Shown here piece after piece: positions 48,411 to 52,623 of a stretch of DNA of 52,623 nt. A model generated the notes under the pieces. The model ran no database searches. It saw only the letters and a program-made list of their open reading frames with translations, and was not told the origin of the DNA. Position 1 is the stretch's first letter. Every line of letters begins with the position of its first letter. The DNA is from Kiritimatiellia bacterium (lineage in GTDB: Bacteria; Verrucomicrobiota; Kiritimatiellia; RFP12; UBA1067). The translations under genes and the position numbers were made by a program. The stretch lies in assembly GCA_016284515.1 (NCBI GenBank), contig JAEEOY010000102.1:1-52623 (forward strand). The letters are read 5' to 3'.

Positions 48411-48848
48411 ATGCAGAAGAGCTACCGTGCTCCGAATCCGGGCGACAAGCGTCCGTGGTTCATCATCGACGCGAAGGACCAGCCGATTGGCCGCCTCGCA
48501 GTCGTCGTCGCTAACAAGCTCCGCGCGAAGGATCTCCCCACGTTTGATCCTTCCGTCGACGCAGGCGCCTTCGTGATCGTCACGAACGCCGCGCTCGTGA
48601 AGCTCACGGGCAAGAAGGAGGAGCAGAAGACCTATCAGCGCTATAGCGGCTACAGGAACGGACTCAAGGAGTTCACCGCCGCCGAGATGCGCGCGAAGCA
48701 TCCCGACCGCATGATCAAGGAGGCGGTGTGGGGCATGCTCCCGAAGAACAACATCGCGCGCAAGATGATGACGCGCGTCAAGGTGTTCGCGGGAGAGGCC
48801 GACAAGGGAACTCTCGCGGCGCAGAAGCCGGTCGAAATCAAGCTCTAA
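48411..48848 (+). CDS. rplM: 50S ribosomal protein L13
   Basis: WFIIDA..IGRLA, FDPSVDAGAFVIVTNA, AVWGMLPKN. Confidence 0.98.
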   Translation: MQKSYRAPNPGDKRPWFIIDAKDQPIGRLAVVVANKLRAKDLPTFDPSVDAGAFVIVTNAALVKLTGKKEEQKTYQRYSGYRNGLKEFTAAEMRAKHPDRMIKEAVWGMLPKNNIARKMMTRVKVFAGEADKGTLAAQKPVEIKL

Positions 48849-48862
48849 GGAGGATTTAAGAA

Positions 48863-49264
48863 ATGGCAACCAAGAAGGCTATATCCGCTGGAACCGGCCG
48901 CCGCAAGACTGCGACCGCCCGCGTGAACCTGGTCGAGGGCAAGGGCGCGTGGACCGTCAACGGCGTCGCGCTCGAGGAGTACATCCCGAGCGAGGCCCTG
49001 CGCGACTACCTCAAGCAGCCCGTCGCGATCTCCGGATACGACATGGAGAAGGTCGACGTCGTCGTCTTCGCCAAGGGCGGCGGAATCTCCGGCCAGGCCG
49101 GCGCGATCCGCCACGGTCTCGCCCGCGCGCTCGTCGCCGCTGACGAAACGACCCGCGCCGCTCTCAAGAAGGCTGGCTGCATGACACGCGACAGCCGCAT
49201 GAAAGAGCGTAAGAAACCCGGTCAGCCCGGCGCCCGCAAGCGCTTCCAGTTCTCGAAGCGTTAA
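48863..49264 (+). CDS. rpsI: 30S ribosomal protein S9
   Basis: GTGRRKTATARV, GGGISGQAGAIRHG, ERKKPGQPGARKRFQFSKR. Confidence 0.98.
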   Translation: MATKKAISAGTGRRKTATARVNLVEGKGAWTVNGVALEEYIPSEALRDYLKQPVAISGYDMEKVDVVVFAKGGGISGQAGAIRHGLARALVAADETTRAALKKAGCMTRDSRMKERKKPGQPGARKRFQFSKR

Positions 49265-49266
49265 TC

Positions 49267-51165
49267 ATGGCATTCGGTTTTCTCAAGAAGATCGCAGCCG
49301 TCATCACCGGCAGGTCCTCCGCGAAGAAGGAGGACTCTGCCGGTGGCGCGAAGAAACGCCGCCGCGGCGGACGCGGCAAGGGCGGCAACGCGCAGAACCA
49401 GCAGCAGAAGGGCGGCCAGCAGCAGAAAGCCCAGCAGAAGGGCCAGCAGCCCAAGGGCGGCCAGCAGCAGAAGAAGCAGGGCGCCCCGCAGCAGCAGAAA
49501 GGCCAGCAGAAGGGTCAGCAGCCCCGTGGAGACCGCAGGGACGACCGCCGCGGCCAGCGCAGGGGCGACCGCGGACGCCGCGGTCCCGTGCATGTCGACA
49601 CTGCGGCGAACGAGATGCGCCCGGGCGGCGAGATATCGCCCGAGGAGCTTGCCGCGCGCAAGGCCGCGCACGCCGCGTGGTCGATGGATTCCTTCGTCGT
49701 CGAGCCCATCGAGGGCAAGAAGCGCTTTCACGACTTCAACCTCCCGTCCGAGGTGATGCACGGCATCGCCGACCTCGGTTTCAAGTACTGCACCGAAATA
49801 CAGGCTCTCTCGCTCGAGCAGGCGCTCGCAGGGAAGAACATCGCCGGCAAGGCGCAGACAGGATCCGGCAAGACCGCCGCGTTCCTCGTCGCGATTCTCA
49901 CGCGCTACCTCAGGAGCCCCGAGAACCGGGCGAAGGAGGGCGGCAATCCGCGCGCCCTCGTGATCGCGCCGACGCGTGAGCTCGTCATCCAGATCTGCAA
50001 GGACGCCGACGCGATCGGCAAGTACACCGGCCTCAGGTCCCTCGCCGTCTACGGCGGAATGGACTATGACCGCCAGCGCAAGGAGGTGCTCTCCGCGCCC
50101 GTCGACCTTCTGGTCGCGACGCCGGGGCGTCTCCTCGACTTCGTCAAGTCGCGCGTCATCAACCTCTCGAACGTCGATACGCTCGTCATCGACGAGGCTG
50201 ACCGCATGCTCGACATGGGCTTCATCCCCGACGTCAGGCGCATCATGAGCTACCTGCCGCCGAAGCAGAAGCGCACGACGATGCTCTACTCCGCGACGCT
50301 CAACGACGCGGTGATGCGCCTCGCGATGAACTGGATGGAGGAGCCCTACAAGGCCGAGGTGGAGTCCGAGACGAACGCCACCGACACCGTGAAGCAGGTC
50401 GTCTACGTCATCCAGGCGAAGGACAAGTTCACCGTTCTCTACAACCACATCGCGCTGCACCCGGACGCGCGCACGATCGTGTTCTGCAACCGCAAGTGCA
50501 CGACCGAGGACGTCTACGAGTCGCTCAAGATCCGCGGCGTCAACGTCGAGATGCTCTCCGGCGACGTGAACCAGAACAAGCGCCTCAAGGTGCTCGACGC
50601 GTTCCGCGACGGCGAGGTCAAGATCGTCGTGGCGACGGACGTCGCCGGACGCGGCATCGACGTCAAGGGGCTTGAGTACGTCGTCAACTTCGACTTCCCC
50701 TACGAGGCGGAGGACTACGTGCACCGCATCGGCCGTACCGGCCGCGCGGGCTCGACCGGCATCGCGATCTCGTTCGCGGACGAGTACGAGAGCTGCCAGA
50801 TTCCCGACATCGAGAAGTACATCAACGAGGAGCTGAAGTGCACCGTGATCGGTCCGGACGACCCGCTGATGAAGCCGATCCCCCCGCGCCATTCGAAGCT
50901 TGGCGAGGTCGATGCCGCCGCGAAGGCGGAAGTCGACGCGCGCGAAGCGGCGGGCGAGGAGGAGAAGGCGGCCGCCGCCGCGTTGGTCGGCGCGAACGCG
51001 TCCACCGCAGACGGAAGGCCCGCTGTCCTCAAGGAGGACGCGCCGCAGCGCGAGCTCCCGAAGTTCGAGAACGCTCTCGAGCCGAAGGCTCCGCCGCCGG
51101 ACGAGTCGGACATCTATTCCAAGCCTGTTGAACAGAAGGCGAAGACTGAAGAGTGGACGGTCTGA
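49267..51165 (+). CDS. DEAD-box RNA helicase (RhlB-like) with a Q/G/K-rich N-terminal extension
   Basis: AQTGSGKT, PTREL, DEAD, SAT, HRIGRTGRAG. Confidence 0.95.
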   Translation: MAFGFLKKIAAVITGRSSAKKEDSAGGAKKRRRGGRGKGGNAQNQQQKGGQQQKAQQKGQQPKGGQQQKKQGAPQQQKGQQKGQQPRGDRRDDRRGQRRGDRGRRGPVHVDTAANEMRPGGEISPEELAARKAAHAAWSMDSFVVEPIEGKKRFHDFNLPSEVMHGIADLGFKYCTEIQALSLEQALAGKNIAGKAQTGSGKTAAFLVAILTRYLRSPENRAKEGGNPRALVIAPTRELVIQICKDADAIGKYTGLRSLAVYGGMDYDRQRKEVLSAPVDLLVATPGRLLDFVKSRVINLSNVDTLVIDEADRMLDMGFIPDVRRIMSYLPPKQKRTTMLYSATLNDAVMRLAMNWMEEPYKAEVESETNATDTVKQVVYVIQAKDKFTVLYNHIALHPDARTIVFCNRKCTTEDVYESLKIRGVNVEMLSGDVNQNKRLKVLDAFRDGEVKIVVATDVAGRGIDVKGLEYVVNFDFPYEAEDYVHRIGRTGRAGSTGIAISFADEYESCQIPDIEKYINEELKCTVIGPDDPLMKPIPPRHSKLGEVDAAAKAEVDAREAAGEEEKAAAAALVGANASTADGRPAVLKEDAPQRELPKFENALEPKAPPPDESDIYSKPVEQKAKTEEWTV

Positions 51166-51171
51166 CGGACC

Positions 51172-52623
51172 CTACCTGCTCTTCGAAAACTGACGGTCAA
51201 GTTCGCGCGTGGAAGTGAAGATCATTATCCGCTTCCCGCGCGGACAGACATAAGGCATCCTGCACGCGGCGAGTTCTTCGATGAGCTTCGTCGCGCCTTT
51301 TTCATCCATGGCGACGGACATCCCGGCAAACGACCTCGCGATCGACTTGGCCACGAGTTCCTCGCGCCAGCGCTCCCCGCGCCGCGCGCCGCCTTCGGCA
51401 AGGTCTCTTGCGATCGTGGACAGAACGTCCGACGCGGACATCCCGCCGAGTATCTGCGGAACCGCGTCGACCTTGAAAGTGTCGCGTCCGAACTCCTCGA
51501 TGCGGAATCCCATCGCCCTGATGTCCGGAAGCGCCGCCGCTATTCTCGCGGCCTCCACGGGCGATAGCCGCACTGCGTCGGGAATGAGCAGCTGCTGCGA
51601 GAGCGCGGCACATCCGCCGCGCGCGGCGTCCGTAAGACGCTCGAAGGCGATTCTCTCCCGCGCCGCGTGCGGATTCACCGTGACGAGTCCGGAATCTGTT
51701 TCGATGATGACATAGCCGCTCTCCGTCGCCGCGAGGAACCGGAACCATTTCCACGGACGTGCGACGTCTTCGTCGGCCGCTATCGGAAGCTCCACGACAA
51801 CCGGAGCAGGCACGGGTTTTACTGGCTGATTTTCAGGGGACTTTATTGCCGGCTGACGAATGTTGAATGTCGGCTGCCGGGTGTCGCTTGTCGTCTGCCG
51901 GTTGTCGATTCCCGCTGTTGGCTGTCGGATGTCGACTGTCGCCGCAGGCTCTGCAACTGGCCGCGGAATCTCGTCCGCCGGCGGTCTTGCGTCGAAGGGC
52001 TGTGGCTCGACTGGTCTTGAAATGTTGAGGGCGCGCTCGATTGCGTTTTCGATTGCGCGCTTTACGGCGACGTTGTCGCGGAAGCGCACCTCGCGCTTTG
52101 TCGGATGGACGTTGACGTCAACCTGCGACGGCGGGAGGTCGATGAAGAGAAAGAGCGCTGGCTTTGCGTCGCCCTGGTGGCGAGGGTATGCCTCGCGGAT
52201 GGCGTAGGCGATCGACGGGGCGGACGCGGGGCGTCCGTTGACGAAGACGTACTGCTCGCGCCGTGTTGGAGCGGAGAGGTTCGGGCGCTCGATGTAGCCT
52301 GTGACGCGGACGGGCTGGGTGCGCGAGTCTGGGGTCTCAAGCGGGAGGAGCTTTTCGGCGAAGTCAGGTCCGAATATGTCGAGCAGCCTGTCGGAGAGAG
52401 TCGCCGCCGGCGCGAGGCGGTAGACTTCGCGTCCGTCGACGACTAGGGAGAAGCCAACCGAGGGATGCGCGAGGGCGTGCACGGTGAAGACGTTCTTGAC
52501 GTGTCCTTCCTCGGTGGGGAAGGATCGGAGGAACTTGCGGCGCGCGGGGACGTTGCAGAAGAGGTCGCGTACTTCGACGAGAGTGCCGGGCGGACACCCC
52601 GCGGCGGTCACCTCGGCGAGCGA
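51172..52623 (-). CDS. mutL: DNA mismatch repair protein MutL (N-terminus lies beyond the window)
   Basis: GTLVEVRDLFCNVPARRKFL, FVNGR, VDVNVHPTKREVRF, and a C-terminal dimerisation domain. Confidence 0.95.
   Translation of the reverse strand, partial: SLAEVTAAGCPPGTLVEVRDLFCNVPARRKFLRSFPTEEGHVKNVFTVHALAHPSVGFSLVVDGREVYRLAPAATLSDRLLDIFGPDFAEKLLPLETPDSRTQPVRVTGYIERPNLSAPTRREQYVFVNGRPASAPSIAYAIREAYPRHQGDAKPALFLFIDLPPSQVDVNVHPTKREVRFRDNVAVKRAIENAIERALNISRPVEPQPFDARPPADEIPRPVAEPAATVDIRQPTAGIDNRQTTSDTRQPTFNIRQPAIKSPENQPVKPVPAPVVVELPIAADEDVARPWKWFRFLAATESGYVIIETDSGLVTVNPHAARERIAFERLTDAARGGCAALSQQLLIPDAVRLSPVEAARIAAALPDIRAMGFRIEEFGRDTFKVDAVPQILGGMSASDVLSTIARDLAEGGARRGERWREELVAKSIARSFAGMSVAMDEKGATKLIEELAACRMPYVCPRGKRIMIFTSTRELDRQFSKSR
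51851..51940. repeat. Degenerate 7-nt tandem repeat (GNNTGTC-like) in the MutL linker
   Basis: ggctgac gaatgtt gaatgtc ggctgcc gggtgtc gcttgtc gtctgcc ggttgtc ... ggctgtc ggatgtc gactgtc, producing (D/N)xRQ(P/T) peptide repeats. Confidence 0.8.

Overview
GC-rich bacterial chromosomal segment. Inference from gene content (PVC-type ECF sigma factor, prepilin-like protein, EF-Tu switch-I variant): probably PVC superphylum, Kiritimatiellia-like. Every supported gene is on the + strand except the right-edge mutL. The left part (1-24.9 kb) is largely accessory: a giant S8 protease/surface protein split by one in-frame TGA, a hybrid histidine kinase, pfk, a TonB-dependent receptor, nadC, an AICARFT-only purH, a GH51 arabinofuranosidase, an ECF sigma factor with a prepilin-like gene, a 23-bp palindromic tandem array, a beta-helix protein and an SGNH protein. 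The right part is housekeeping: thiE, trpL-trpBAF, rnc, tkt, murJ, three tRNAs, tuf-rpmG-secE-nusG-rplKAJL (not followed by rpoB), fhs, a partial Tad cluster, bamA, gtrA, pilD, rplM-rpsI, a DEAD-box helicase and mutL. The most notable unannotated signals are (i) an exact-period 23-bp palindrome array, (ii) a REP-like palindrome read in-frame inside trpF with an identical intergenic copy, (iii) a leaderless Trp attenuator peptide missed by the ORF track, (iv) widespread leaderless promoters, including an ECF-type one, and (v) a MutL with degenerate endonuclease motifs. All calls come from reading the sequence by eye; no database searches were run.
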